From assembly GCA_037447605.1 (NCBI GenBank), contig CM074811.1:2604001-2668000 (forward strand): a DNA stretch of 64,000 nt, written 5' to 3'. Under the pieces are notes generated by a model. It saw only the letters and a list, made by a program, of their open reading frames with translations. It was not told the origin of the DNA and ran no database searches. This DNA comes from Zygnema circumcarinatum SAG 698-1b (lineage: Eukaryota; Plantae; Zygnematophyceae). Positions 24,336 through 36,145 of this stretch are shown piece after piece (positions within the stretch are counted from its first letter, which is position 1; the number at the start of each line of letters is the position of its first letter). Position numbers and translations under genes: made by a program.

Positions 24336-27300
24336 ATGGCGGCCCTCCGCCCCTGCACGCAGCTCCACTGTCCCTTCTACCCTGCTGGAAGGCCCGGGCT
24401 TTCTTGGCGGCCATGGAGGCGGAGTGAGGACGACAGTTTGGCGCTGCGCTCTGTCCCCAAACGTGTGCTTTCGGCTTGGAAGGGTGCCACATGTCAGGCT
24501 GTGAGGGAACGCTCCGCGAGAAGCAAGTCGCAGGCTCCCCTGAAGGTGGTGCTGTTGGAGCAGAAGCGATGGAGCCGCAGGGTGCAGGCGTTGGTCAAGC
24601 AACTTGAAGCATCTATGCCCGATATCACAGATGAGGAGCTTTCTGGCTTATTGGATAGGTAGGGCGTCTGGAATTCGCAGGCTTCAAGGTCTTTTCTCTC
24701 TTCTTAAGAATAATGTGAGGTTCGAGTCGTGGAAGCATCTTTGGTGCAGTCGTATATAATACTGCTTGAAATTCGTTCGCGCTTGGAAGCGTTCGCCGAC
24801 AGTTTGACCAAGAAAACCAAATGAAGGATTTGAAATGGACATTTTTTAGAGAATGTCAAGTAATCATTTGGTTTTATATTCTCCACTTGTTCTTCTGATA
24901 GCATGTCTTCGTTGAAGGGAAAACGAATGGGGGTGTGTGGTAACGCACGTGCGGAGAAGCTTACAAATTTAATGAACCGTGGTGCTAGCCATATTCACTG
25001 CGTGAAGAAGGGGTTGTCATGCCGCTTTAATGGCGCGTTTATTCGTTTTATATAAGTACGGACGCCACCACGCTAATGTTCGGGCATGCACAACATGTGG
25101 ACCTCCAAGTGGTGAAAGTCGAGAGGAATGAGTTGCATGCCATGTCAACGCATGCTCGAGACGTTAACCTTTGAATGACAAGTCAGAAGAAATTGTGAGG
25201 TTATAAAAGTTATAGCAAATTTCGTTCAAGAACATGCCATTCTGAAAGGGGAAATTTCCGAAGTCCTCTCTAGGTGGGCAACCTATGTAAAAGAAGAGCT
25301 GTGACAGCAGTGGTAGAGGGAGGGAAATGCACTTGCAGATGGGCGAAATCTACTCGGCCCGAGCGACGGGACATGCTCCTTGTCTTGAAGGCATTGGACT
25401 GTACAGCGGGTCGTTTGCTCTGCTGCAGGGTAAGCATTGCCACGATTGGAGGAAAATAGAGAGCTGCTTCAGCGTGAATCCAAGGAAGATTGCTGGCTTG
25501 TCGGAGTCCCTGATTCAAGTTCGAATTATGCAAATTTCTTGCTGATGTCATGCATATGAGAAGACATCGCCTAAGCTTCCTTCTGGTATTGGGAAAAATA
25601 GGATTACTGTAGAATATATTAACATAAGATAGGGGTGTTGTAGCTAGAGTTCAAAACACGACAGCAAATGCATTTGCGGGAGCTTCTTCTCTTTGTCTCG
25701 CTTGTATGGAGGCAGCATTCAGAGTGTAACAGCCTGTCCCAATCGATATGGCCATTTGCAGAGTCGTGGAGACTTGGCCTGTACGTGAGAGATCGAGGGA
25801 TGTGAAAGACTTGCTGACTTTATGGAACTCTCAATAACTGACAGCCGGATGTGATTGGCTGGAGGGAAACAGGTATCTGAGTGGGCTCTGTCACAGGAAT
25901 GGTTTGAAGCTAACGTTCGTGATTTTGCCACACTGTTGGACCGGTATGGAAAAAACTCGCGGTTAGAGGAAATGGAGGCCACTTTTCATCGAATGCAAGA
26001 AAATGGCTTTCCTGCAGATCTTGTGGCATACACCATTATGATCAGTGCATGGGGAAGAGGAGGGCAAATGGCCAAGGCAGTTGAGTACTTTCAGGACATG
26101 AAGGCTCACGGGATTGAGCCAGATCTGATGACTTACTCATCAGTCATGAGTGCATATGGCGAGGGAGGCTCCCCCGAAAAGGCTGAGGAGGTGCTGCGGG
26201 TGAGCAGTGCAGATCTGTGTACATGGGTGAATGGCCTATTAAGGCAATTTCACTTTTTTGCCTTTTCAGGGGTTCTGACTATCTGAGTGAAAACTGCTCT
26301 TGAGGCTGCTCCTTTGATTCATGATACTTGGATGGTATGATGGTAGTAGAAAACCCCTCCCGACGACAAGGTGAAGAGGCGTCCAGAGGCATAGCTAAAC
26401 TAATGTGGCTCTGGGAGAGTCTGAGAGCCCGTCATAAGTTGCAAGTGGCTGCACCCAAAAAACCACGGAAAAGAAGCCCCTAGTTGAGGATGTATCACAA
26501 ACTTTTGATGGGTGAACTGTTCTCCTCTTGGAATGCCTCTCTTCTTCGCTTTTGCGTCTTGCTGAGCAGTCTGTGTTGATGCCGTCTGGCAGAGAACATG
26601 TATGTCCATCACCTCGGCAAAGAACCAGCAGAATGTGGAGCCCTGCTCCTTGGTTCATGGTTGACTGCAATACTGAGGCAGCTCATCAGTGCGGCAGGAG
26701 ATCGAAAATGCAGGGCTAGGCAGTTCTCGGTCGTACACAGTCCTGATCGCAGCGTATGGAAGAAAGCTGCAACCCCAGGAGGCGAGCCGTATCTTTCGGG
26801 AGATGCAGACAAAAGCGAAGATCATCCCGGATACCAAGGCTTATACAGCACTAATGGATGCCTTCATAAAAGCGGGAGACCTGGAAAAGGCGAAGTCAAT
26901 CTTCCAGGTGCGGTCTAGGAGTCTTTAGCGACTATGGAGGATATGGAGATTCCTTTGCAGAGGCAAAAATGCCATTATAAAAACGGTGATGCCATCTTTA
27001 GAAGCAGATTGGACTTCCAGTCAAATTCTTTATCCTTAGGATTTGAAGTTACCTCATCTATTGTTAAATGCTTGAAGAGGACAACTGTATGTATACGACC
27101 AGTGCTTGCTTAATTGTGTTAGAACTGTGAGAATTAGTTAAGTGGGCATGAACCGAATTCTTCAAGTAATGAACTTGAAGTTGAGCAGCACACAGTCGTC
27201 CGGTTCATGCAGCTTCAGCTGTTAGGAAATGGAAGGTAGGCGCAGGTTATGGTGAAAACTATGAAGTAGTACTGTTCAGTACCACAAGGTCTGATAATGC

Positions 27301-28474
27301 CCATGGTGTCATTCAATCGTTGGGGTGTCCCAGACAATGAAGGAAGTTGGAGTCCCTATTGACGATGCAGCACGAGCCCTTCTCGTGGAAGCTTTTGGGA
27401 GGGCAGACCGCTGTTCAGAAGCAGTACAGCTGGTATTGGAGGCTGAGAAGGGGAGTATTCGTGCTGGAGTGAACACATACGCAGCACTTATTACTGTCTT
27501 TGGACTCCATGGCTTGTGTAAGCACTTTTTTACTTTTACGTATGTGTTGAAGCGTGAGCAGACTCCGTTGGCATACCCTTGTTTGTGTCCGCTGTTGACT
27601 AGCAAGAGTTAGGGTCAAAGAGTAGTATGATGGACTCGAGGGTGAGTGGCATTAGGGGAAGTTTTGGGCTGCGGTGAAAGAATTGCTTGGAGGTATGGGA
27701 TATGGGCACACGAAAGGACCAGCGTGGCACGAGAGTTGCAGGATTCTTCCATGACGTCGTGACCACATGGCTTGTTTCAAGACTCTGCTGGGTTACTGTT
27801 AAACCTGTAATGCTTTCCTCAGCAAATGGGTTGCTTTTATCGGCACTCTCTTTTTATTTATCTTCTAGGATCAAACTTTCCAAACAAAATATAGTTAAAT
27901 TAGAGAGGGTGTTGAGGGTTTCTGGACTGCAGTGGAAGAAGCTCAGGAGGTCTTCGACGAAATGGTAGCAGCAAAACAACCTCTTGGCAGGAGGGTATAT
28001 GCCGCTTTGTTTTGCGCCTATGCCGCTGCTGGACGTGAGGAGTCTGCCATGGAGCTGTACAGGAAGATGGAAGATGGCGGATGGATGCCCACCAGGAGGC
28101 AGTACACGGAGATGATTGAAGCCCTCCTTGAGGGGGGCTTGAAGGCAGCGGCACAATCTCTGCTTGACACGTGGCGCCAATTGGGTCCTCTGCGAGCCCG
28201 TGAAGTTGAGCGTATGGAGAAGCTGAGGGAACAGCCAACTGTAGGCTTAGGGCCCAGTGGTGGTCTGCATAAAGTGCCAAGAGGGGAAGAAGCCGCAATG
28301 GCAGAGTCGGGCTATGGAGGGAATGACAACCAGGGGAGTACTAGTGGGGAGGATACGGAGGGTGGACGGGAGACTGGCTTGAATCCATATGAAGAGATGG
28401 AGAGTGGGAGAGGGTCGAGACCGGAAGTAGCGGGAGGCGTCTCTCGTGGGGTCTCAACGAGAGTGGAAAGATAG
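24336..28474 (+). CDS. P-class pentatricopeptide repeat protein (At1g01970-like), organelle-targeted, 6 exons
   Basis: Exons 24336-~24658, ~25339-25428, ~25873-26190 (WFEANVRDFATLLDRYGK; DLVAYTIMISAWGRGG), ~26699-26907 (SYTVLIAAYGR; YTALMDAFIKAG), ~27334-27515, ~27932-28474 (VYAALFCAYAAAG; YTEMIEALLEGG). Tandem 35-aa PPR motifs. Confidence 0.88.
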
Positions 28475-28923
28475 GAAGAGGACCTTTGTCGGGCATGTTT
28501 CACATTAACAAATGGTATGGGCACTTGGAAGACCCATGTCTGCAGAATGGTTGGGAGGGTGTTGTACGGACATAAGGCTGTGATCTATTATGGCAGACAT
28601 TACAACAACTCTATATCGTTTCTGGACGCCTCTGAATTTTACTCACAACGGAAACCGGCTGAAGGCCTGAATTTCGTCACATGGCAGCCGTAGCAGCGCT
28701 GGCACCGCCATATGGAACTTGCGGCCCTATGTCGCTGTAATTGACAAATGGAATGCTCGGTAGTGGCTGGTAGAGAGCGCAATGTTAATAATGCTGAATA
28801 AACAGCCGAAATCAACTTCTTCAACCTGGAATAAGGCATTACAAGACAAAGCAAAAATGCAAATCCTTTGGTAGTTTCAGACCTAAAAAAGGGTTAAGGA
28901 TAGCTTTTAGAAGTGGAGGGAAA

Positions 28924-29017
28924 TGGCATTGAACTCACGATGGTGAGGCCATCAAATGTACATGGACAAAAGCAGCATATGGAACCACGAGGGACTGGTC
29001 GCAAACGACCTAAGCAC
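28924..29017 (+). repeat. Copy of an unclassified ~100-bp dispersed repeat (family C)
   Basis: TGGCATTGAACTCACGATGGTGAGGCCATCAAATGTACATGGACAAAAGCAGCATATGGAACCACGAG aligns by eye with 35515-35606, 36948-37018, 55867-55961 and, reversed, 54793-54864. Confidence 0.8.
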
Positions 29018-29034
29018 TAAAGAAAATGACTAGG

Positions 29035-29690
29035 TGAGATTGCGTGTGCTTTCGAAGTTTCGAGTTCGTGTAAGTGGCACCACCAAGACTAATATCCCGC
29101 ATAGGTCTGCAGACAGCAGACTGAATGAGCCCCAAGGGTTTTGCGAAAAAGGTAGAGCTAGAGGGGAAAGGTAAGCGGGTCATTTTGCCTTGACCACATC
29201 CGGAACAGAAGTCCATTTTTTCACTAGAAAAGGAGTCTAAGCCCAATACTAATCCCTTGCCTAGAGCCTTGAGATTACTCTTAGCAAGATGGCCAAAATA
29301 AAGGTGCCGCCGAGCAAAGGTAAGAGACTAGTCAGCTTTATGAAGGTGAGCATGCCCAAGAGCGGCAGCAAACGTGGTGAGAGAAAACAGTCACCTTTCT
29401 TGCGTCCGTGCCCACCAACGGCCGTTGGAGTAAAAAAGATAACTCCCTTTCGGATAAAAAGAGCTGAAATGCCTAAAGTGAGGATAGCGCCTACAGACAA
29501 CAAATTTTTAGTCATCCCGGAGACTAAACAAACAACATCGATGACGGAGCGCTGGCCGTCAACCAAAGTGGATACCTTGCCAACATGGGTCGCAGTCAAA
29601 GAACGATTATCCCTTAAAAAGATCGTCAAAGGGACAGATAAAGGAGAAATCCGAGAGAACCATTTACGGCAAAAAGCTGAGTGGTGAGAG
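29035..29690 (-). mobile_element. Degenerate Ty1/copia pol fragment (protease end, GAG-pre-integrase, start of integrase)
   Basis: SHH..FCRKWFSRI...GKVS...VCLVSGMTKNLLSVG, then frameshifted HLGHL...LVLGLDSFSSEKMDFCSGCGQGKMTRLPFP...LIQSAVCRPM...SLGGATY, the typical copia pre-integrase/rve order. Truncated at both ends. Confidence 0.85.
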
Positions 29691-30371
29691 GTGTTGATGT
29701 ACACCAAGGGGGTACATCAAGGTGTTGGTACTTAGTTCCTAGCATGAATTCGGTCATGTTTGGTAAAGGACCGAACATGGGGGTGCCCATATCATTAGGG
29801 CACGGTACGACAGGTCTAGGGATGGTCTAGGGTCGTAGGATTGCGGCATTGACTTAGACCGTACCAAAGGGGGTGCGCGGAGTGCGCCTGGACGGATTGG
29901 AGCGCGGCCATACGGAACGGCGCGCGAATTGTACGGACGACGCGAAAGTTTACGGATGCGGAGATTTTGGAAGCGCGAGAGGCGGATTTGCGTGAAGCGA
30001 CAGGATTGGTCGCGACAGTACGCAAATCGCGGCGCATCTCTATGCGTGACGTGACGTTCAACTGTCCGTACGCTTCTGCATCGTCCGTACAATCACGCGC
30101 CATTCGTACGGCCGCGCTCCCGTTCAGGCGCATTCCGCGCACCCCCTTTGGTACGGTCTAAGCCTGAGCCGTAACCTACGACCCTCGACCTTCACTAGAC
30201 CTGCCGTACCGTGCCCTAACGATGCGGGCGCCCCCCATGTTCGGTCCTACACCAAACATGACCATCCATGCATGGACATTGTCCCTATATCAACACATTG
30301 ATGTCCCGGACAACACTCATGCGAGGAACTAAGTAAGTACCAACACTTTGATGTACCCTATACATCAACAC
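29691..30371. mobile_element. Foldback-type non-autonomous element with ~260-300-bp imperfect terminal inverted arms
   Basis: The left arm GTGTTGATGTA...GGTCATGTTTGG...GGACCGAACATGGGG...TTAGGGCACGGTACG...CTTAGACCGTACCAAAGGGGGTGCGCGG is mirrored at ~30065-30371. The right arm has a ~45-bp extra segment. No TSD seen. Confidence 0.8.
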
Positions 30372-30373
30372 GC

Positions 30374-30684
30374 ACGAGTGCCGGAACGAGTGCTCTTTTG
30401 GAGTGGAATCGCTAAGATGATGGTTTACCGGGGACTTGGCGGCGACCACGTGGGATCCCCTTGAAGACTAGCGCTGATGGTTGTTGTTGTCGTGAGGGGA
30501 TCATGGAACTCGCAATCGTAAAAGATAAAAGCCTGCCATCCGACGAGACATTTTCCTTGTCCGATTCATTGAACACGTAATCGCAGTACTACTGCGGACG
30601 AAACGTCGGCCGGCCCGTTTAAAGAACGAGTACATTGATTTGTTCCCGATCCTATTCAAAAAGAGTACTCGTTCCGGCACTCGT
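30374..30684. mobile_element. Small MITE-like element with ~27-bp inverted termini
   Basis: ACGAGTGCCGGAACGAGTGCTCTTTTG (30374-30400) versus the reverse complement of 30657-30684, with 1 mismatch and 1 indel. No TSD. Confidence 0.55.
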
Positions 30685-31106
30685 TCGCCCGCACCGGTGC
30701 GCCGTTCTCCGTCCGCCGTTGACCTCACCCTGTACGGACAGGCACGCGCGCTCGAACGGTGCGATTCGAATCTGGCGACGCCGGCGAGGCGCTCCGCCAA
30801 TCACGGCCTCTGCGACGTGATCGCGGGTGACTTGGCGACTGCCCTCCGCCTGTCGCACAAGCCGATGGCTTGTCGGTGGCTCCTGATTGGTGTGCATCAC
30901 ACTGATTGTCAAACAACGAATAGGATCGCGCCACGTAGAACATTATCCTTCTGGCGGCCACCCTCCGAGGCCGTACGGTGGGCGGCAGTCCGGCAGGTAC
31001 TTAGCGGAACTGCGCTCGGCGGCGTAGCAACGATCCGGATCGCTCTCCGACCTCCCCACCGAGCTCGCCGCCTCCCTCCCTCCCTCCCTCGCGCGCAGCC
31101 ATAGCC

Positions 31107-32625
31107 ATGGCGGTTCCCCCCCTCGCGCGTCTCTGCACTCCCCTCCTCTGCGTCCTCCTGATGTCGCTGACTCCCTTCACGTGTGCGGCTCCCCTTGCTC
31201 CTGAAGAAGGTAAGATTACCCCTTACATTCTACTGTCGCTTAATCAATGATCTCTTTGCTATATATTGGCGCTAGCACTGCTTCAAGGAGATGATGATGG
31301 ATTCGAATGGAAGCATAAATTTCTGCCACTACTTTCTGATCCTCACTCCAGCTGTCGTGTCTTATTGCATGCAGAGAAATTCCTCTTGCAGCTGAAGGCC
31401 TGGGTGGAGGGGACGGCCTGCGATCAGTTGGACGGCGTTACATGTGACAGCGCGGGCCACATCAGTGCCCTGTACGCATTTCTTCTCCGTGTTGGCTGAC
31501 TGTACTGTGCTCAGTGTCTGACCTGCTGCCTTTCCCCTTCTCATGGGTCTCCACACCCTCGCGAACACTCCCAAACCCTCATTTTAATATATAAGTCTGC
31601 CATTTTGATGCAGTTCTCTCCCCAAACATGCCGAGCCGGAGTCGGATTCGTCCACGAGCGCAGCGGAGCTGCCTGGCGTGGCACGGAGAGAGTTGGCGAG
31701 CACTCCCCCGGCAACAGTGGGCCTCAAGGCTCCTTCGACGAACAAGCATTTGCCTTTGCCCAAAAATGTGACCTTTTCCGGCTACATGACTCTTCCCACG
31801 GTCGGTGGATCCGGCCGTCGGTTCATCCGCTACGGCTCCAAGGAGGCCAAGGCCTTAACTCCGAAGTTGTTCAAGAACTGCAACCTGGGTCTACCCGCCG
31901 CATCTGTCATTCCAGGGTTCGAGGACAGCGGCATGAGCTCGGGCGTAGTGAAGCTCGTGATCTTAGACAGCAAAGGCGAATGGTACTCAGAGTGCTCGGG
32001 ATCGCTGATCGCTCCCAGGCTCGTGCTGACAGCTGGCCACTGCCTGTATGACACCGACAAGAATGTGTGGATGGTGGGCGGCTCCTACAACCTGGCAGCG
32101 TACTCAAGATATAACACCCAATCTGACAAAAACTACTCCATGTCCTACTACTCGGAGGTCAGGGTGTTTTCTGCGTTTCAGACGTCCCCTACGTGGGAGA
32201 AGACTCTGTACGCCGGCAGCGACATTGCTTTAGTGAAGCTGCAGACCAGCCTTGCAGGGCAGACGTACTCATGGAGCGGCCCTTCCGCCAACCCACGTGC
32301 CAATTTCGGCTATCCTGCTGAATTTCAGGATGGCTATAAGCTCGATTACGACGTGACCACAGCTGCGCTGACTCGCGGCTGCCAAGGCTTCTCCTCGGCA
32401 ATCATGTGCGAGGACGTCTCTATAGAAGGGGGCATGAGTGGAGGGCCGATATTTAGTCCCTACAACGGTGTGAACGTGGCGGGGACTCTTTCCGGGGGAC
32501 AGTCGGACGACAGTTGCCCTGCTTATTACACTTCTTTGAACGGCACGTACTCTTTGACGACTCTGGTCACCGCCATTGGCTGCAAATATACAGTAAGTGG
32601 AGGTGTGTACAAGGCTTCGTGCTAA
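31107..32625 (+). CDS. Secreted chimeric protein: signal peptide + LRR N-terminal cap + V8/trypsin-like (S1) serine protease, ~403 aa, 3 exons
   Basis: Exon 1 31107-31209 (MAVPPLARLCTPLLCVLLMSLTPFTCAAP). Exon 2 31375-31471 (EKFLLQLKAWVEGTACDQLDGVTCDSAGHISAL). Exon 3 31614-32625 is in frame with the 315-aa ORF. Triad motifs CSGSLIAPRLVLTAGHC (His), SDIALVKL (Asp), GGMSGGP (Ser), plus GYPA. Both introns are GT-AG and phase-compatible. Confidence 0.85.
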
Positions 32626-33736
32626 GCGTTGGCAGGTGGAGGGGGAGCACCTGCGAGAGTTGAAACCTTCGCTTCAAACGCCGCAGGAAGAGCAAGCGGA
32701 TTATGGCTGCTGCCGCTTCTACGGGATAGGGGTAACTTATACTGGCCGTTGTTTGACTAAAGGGTGGTTAGTCGTTTTCCGGGCCGCCAAGATGTGAGAA
32801 TAGTCTCCATCACAAATGTTTCGTACTTAATAAGCAAGGAGCTTTTTGGGAGCAATGGTGATTTTTTTTGTGATTCGCTTGTAGTGAGGGCAGGCGGGGG
32901 AACAATATGTTTTCAATGAATGGACTTGTCGGACAAGCTTTGCACTTGTTCTGTTTTACATGTACTGTTTACAGCAAAAGCTGATCTCGTTTGTGCCATA
33001 TCATACTCTGCCATCTTTGCCCTATCTAGTGACGTGTTCACCAATGTGCCGCTTGCTCCAAGCGCTCCGTCGGCCAAACTGCGTATAACGCGCTCAATTG
33101 TTGAGTTGCGGTTGAGTTGCTCTAGTTGGCGACTGCCACATGAGTGAGTAATCGCTGTCGCGCTGCATTAGAGCGTCATGAGTGTTTGCACCACCTTGGC
33201 AGGTTCTCCACTTCTTAGTGCAATTCACCTTCTTCACTTCGCTCATCGAATCACACGGAACCCGCCAGCATGCAAATAAACATAAAATTACAAGGCATTT
33301 CATCGTATGGAAAAGAATTACGAAAATCATTTTCGTATGCGCATAATTGCGTTGACACAGGACACAATCAAATGTCATGGAAAATGTACAAAAGGCATTG
33401 GCCATAATGCCTTACTATCCCCGTTGCCACGAAGAGGATTAACATGTTCCCATTCTTCACCCTTTTTATTACCCATCGTTGAGAAACTTCAAGATTGTGG
33501 CGCCTGCGTGAGCGGCCGCCATCGAAAGGGATGAATGCGTTTTGCAGCCGATGAATAATGGACCTTGCACATCTCAGTAACTTCTCTTATGAAGAAGTGA
33601 AGAGAGAACGAGATGGCGAAGGTGGCCGAAATCGTGATAAGGGGGGAAGAGAGAAGAGAGTGAGACGGAAGAGCGGAGATTGAGATGTAGCAGAGAGATG
33701 AGAGCGAGAGAAAGAGAGAGAGAGAGAGAGGGAGAG

Positions 33737-33770
<34 letters not shown>

Positions 33771-35259
33771 AGAGCAATGAATCGAAAACCGATGGATAGA
33801 GAAAGTGGCCGGAGAAGAGGTACTTGTTACTTTAATTTAATGTACCTTTAATTTTCGTGATTTCTATAATGAACTCTGCCTCCCAAACAAACCCTTGCCG
33901 TTTGCATGTTAGAATCAACAGCATTGAAATTTATTCACAGAGTCAGCACCAATCTACTTAGCGTTCATGTCCTAGAATTACAACTGTCAATCTCCAACCG
34001 TGAGTCCAACACCAACCTGCTTAACGTTCAATTTTTCGGGTTAGCAGCCTTGACAGGATATCTGTTAGCAGGGAGTGAGCAGCCACCTGCTGCAGCCTCT
34101 CCCAGCGGTGCTCCCAGGCCTCGCTCACGAGCTTCAGGCTGCCCACCGCGTGTGCTTCCCTCCCTCCCCTTCCTCTTGACAAGGCTCGTTCTCGCCTTCC
34201 TTTTAGGGCCGTTGCGAACTAGGCGAGGCTAATGTCACATCCGTCTACGAATGACGACGTGCCACGTGTACCATATTGTATACGTGGCGAGTTGTGATTG
34301 GAGGTATTCGAATCATTCTCTATTAAGAGAAAGGAATGATTTTTTTCGTTTTTTCGCCTCTCCAGTGGCATTCAGTGCCAAGCCTTGCAGTCAAACTCTG
34401 CAGGCGCGACTTTCGACGAATGAGGAGTCGGAGTTTTAGGGTTTTCAAGATATTTAGAGTACTTAGGGTGAGCATATTTAGTCATTAGTTTATGGCAGGA
34501 GGCTTGAGGGGAGGTGCTGATGAGGCGGCCCTTCCCTAGAGAAAGGCCCTCTGTGTGTCTCCGCTTCTCTCCCTCTCTCTCCCACTTGTCTCCTTCTCTC
34601 CTTTCTTTTCCCTGTTTTCTCCTCTCCACTCAGTCTCTCTCGATTCCTCGCTCCCTTCCCATCTCTGTTCCCCCTTCGCGCTCCCAGCTGCCAGCTGTCT
34701 CATTCTCTCCCTCCCCGTCTCCCTCAACCCATTCCCCATTCTGCCTCTCGCTGATCCCTCACTCTCTCTCAGTCGCCTTCAACCCCTTTCTCTTCTCTCC
34801 CTCCACCCTCCCCCACCTCCCCCCTCTCTTTCTCTGGCTCTCCCTCTTTTCTCCCTCTCTTTCTCTCTCCCCATATGGACACTACGAGCGCCCCCGCTCA
34901 GGGATTAGGGTTCCGGGCCCCACCGGAGGGCTCATGGCGAGAGACGTGGTCGCGGCGGCAGGGGGAACTGCAGACCCTTCAGCGTCCATTCGCAGTAATT
35001 CCTGTTGTATACAATAGGGGTTTAGCCTAGAATAGGACACCGTACGGTTCTTAGCCATTGTCGCAGGTCTTTAGGAGATTCGGTCACTGCCGGAACAGAC
35101 AGACATTCCGTCGCAAAGTGAGGACGCGAGACTTCTGAATAGGGCACGTGGAGAGCGGCGATAGGCCGCGCCATCACTGGAATCTGCTTAGAATGAATGT
35201 TGTAGTTGTGTCACGTGGCGCACAGCGATAGGCTGCGCGGTCAGCTTTGTATTGCTTAT

Positions 35260-36093
35260 GGATAATTCTACTGCACCCCCGCGTTTTGGTTTTCGCACCC
35301 CCCTTTTGAAAATTTTGCCTGCCCGTTTTGGTTACGCCCCCTGTTTTGAATATTTCGGGAGGAAATCTTTTTCCCGCCCCTCCCGTCCCCTCCCCTCCCT
35401 TCCCCTGGTGTCCTCCCCTCCCCTCCCCTCCCCTTTTTCTGGATATTCAACCCCCCTCGTTTTCTCCTTTTCACTACTGACTTTCAACAATATGGGACAA
35501 AAGAAAAGGGGATTTGCATTGATCTCAAGATGGTGAAGCCATCAAATAAACATGGATAAAGTCAACATGGGAACCACAAGAAATTGGTCGCAAATGAACT
35601 AAGCACAGAATAATAGGAGCAAAAAACTAAACTAAACTAAGCTTAAGCGCAAAAACGCAGCCCTAAACGCAGTTGCGAAGGTCACCGATGTTGGGCAACT
35701 GTTACACTCAGGTTTTCAGGTTAGGATTGTAAACCCCCTAATTAAGGCAAGATCTTAAGTTGTGGCCTAGTTGCTTGCAATTGGAACATTTTTTCCCTTC
35801 AGCGTACTCGAAATGGGTCTTGTCCTGGCTGATTGCCAAACTACGCGCGCTAGTAGGTCGACCTCGTTTCTTCATAACCGGGTGGGGGTTTTGCAACTGC
35901 AATTGTTCGGCAGCCAATAGTTCATCTACCTGAGATGCAAGGACCAAGGGGGAGCGGAGGGGAGGGGACGGGAGGGCCGGGAAAAAGATTCCCTCCCGAA
36001 ATATTCAAAACAGGGGGGGTTACCAAAACGGGCAGGCAAAATTTTCAAAAGGGGGTGCGAAAGCCAAAACGCAGGGGTGCAGTAGAATTATCC
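35260..36093. mobile_element. Mutator-like (MULE) deletion derivative, 834 bp, >100-bp TIRs, 9-bp TSD ATTGCTTAT
   Basis: Termini GGATAATTCTACTGCACCCC / GGGGTGCAGTAGAATTATCC. ATTGCTTAT at 35251-35259 and 36094-36102. Internal transposase tail fragment. Confidence 0.9.
35738..35935 (-). pseudogene. MULE transposase C-terminal fragment (KRGRP + CCHC zinc knuckle)
   Basis: LQNPHPVMKKRGRP...KKCSNCKQLGHNLRSC is the typical MuDR/MULE transposase tail. It lies inside the TIR/TSD-bounded element. Confidence 0.8.
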
Positions 36094-36145
36094 ATTGCTT
36101 ATTGCTTCGGCGGACGATTGTACAAAATGTCCGGGGCGTACAGTA

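Noticed and set aside
24715-24745. GGTTCGAGTC B-box-like motif suggesting a tRNA or SINE
   Set aside because: No A-box, acceptor stem or cloverleaf around it, and it is intronic.
33094-33540. Possible Harbinger or SWIM-domain transposase fragments
   Set aside because: The required catalytic or CxC..CxH residues are absent. Resemblance is not above chance.
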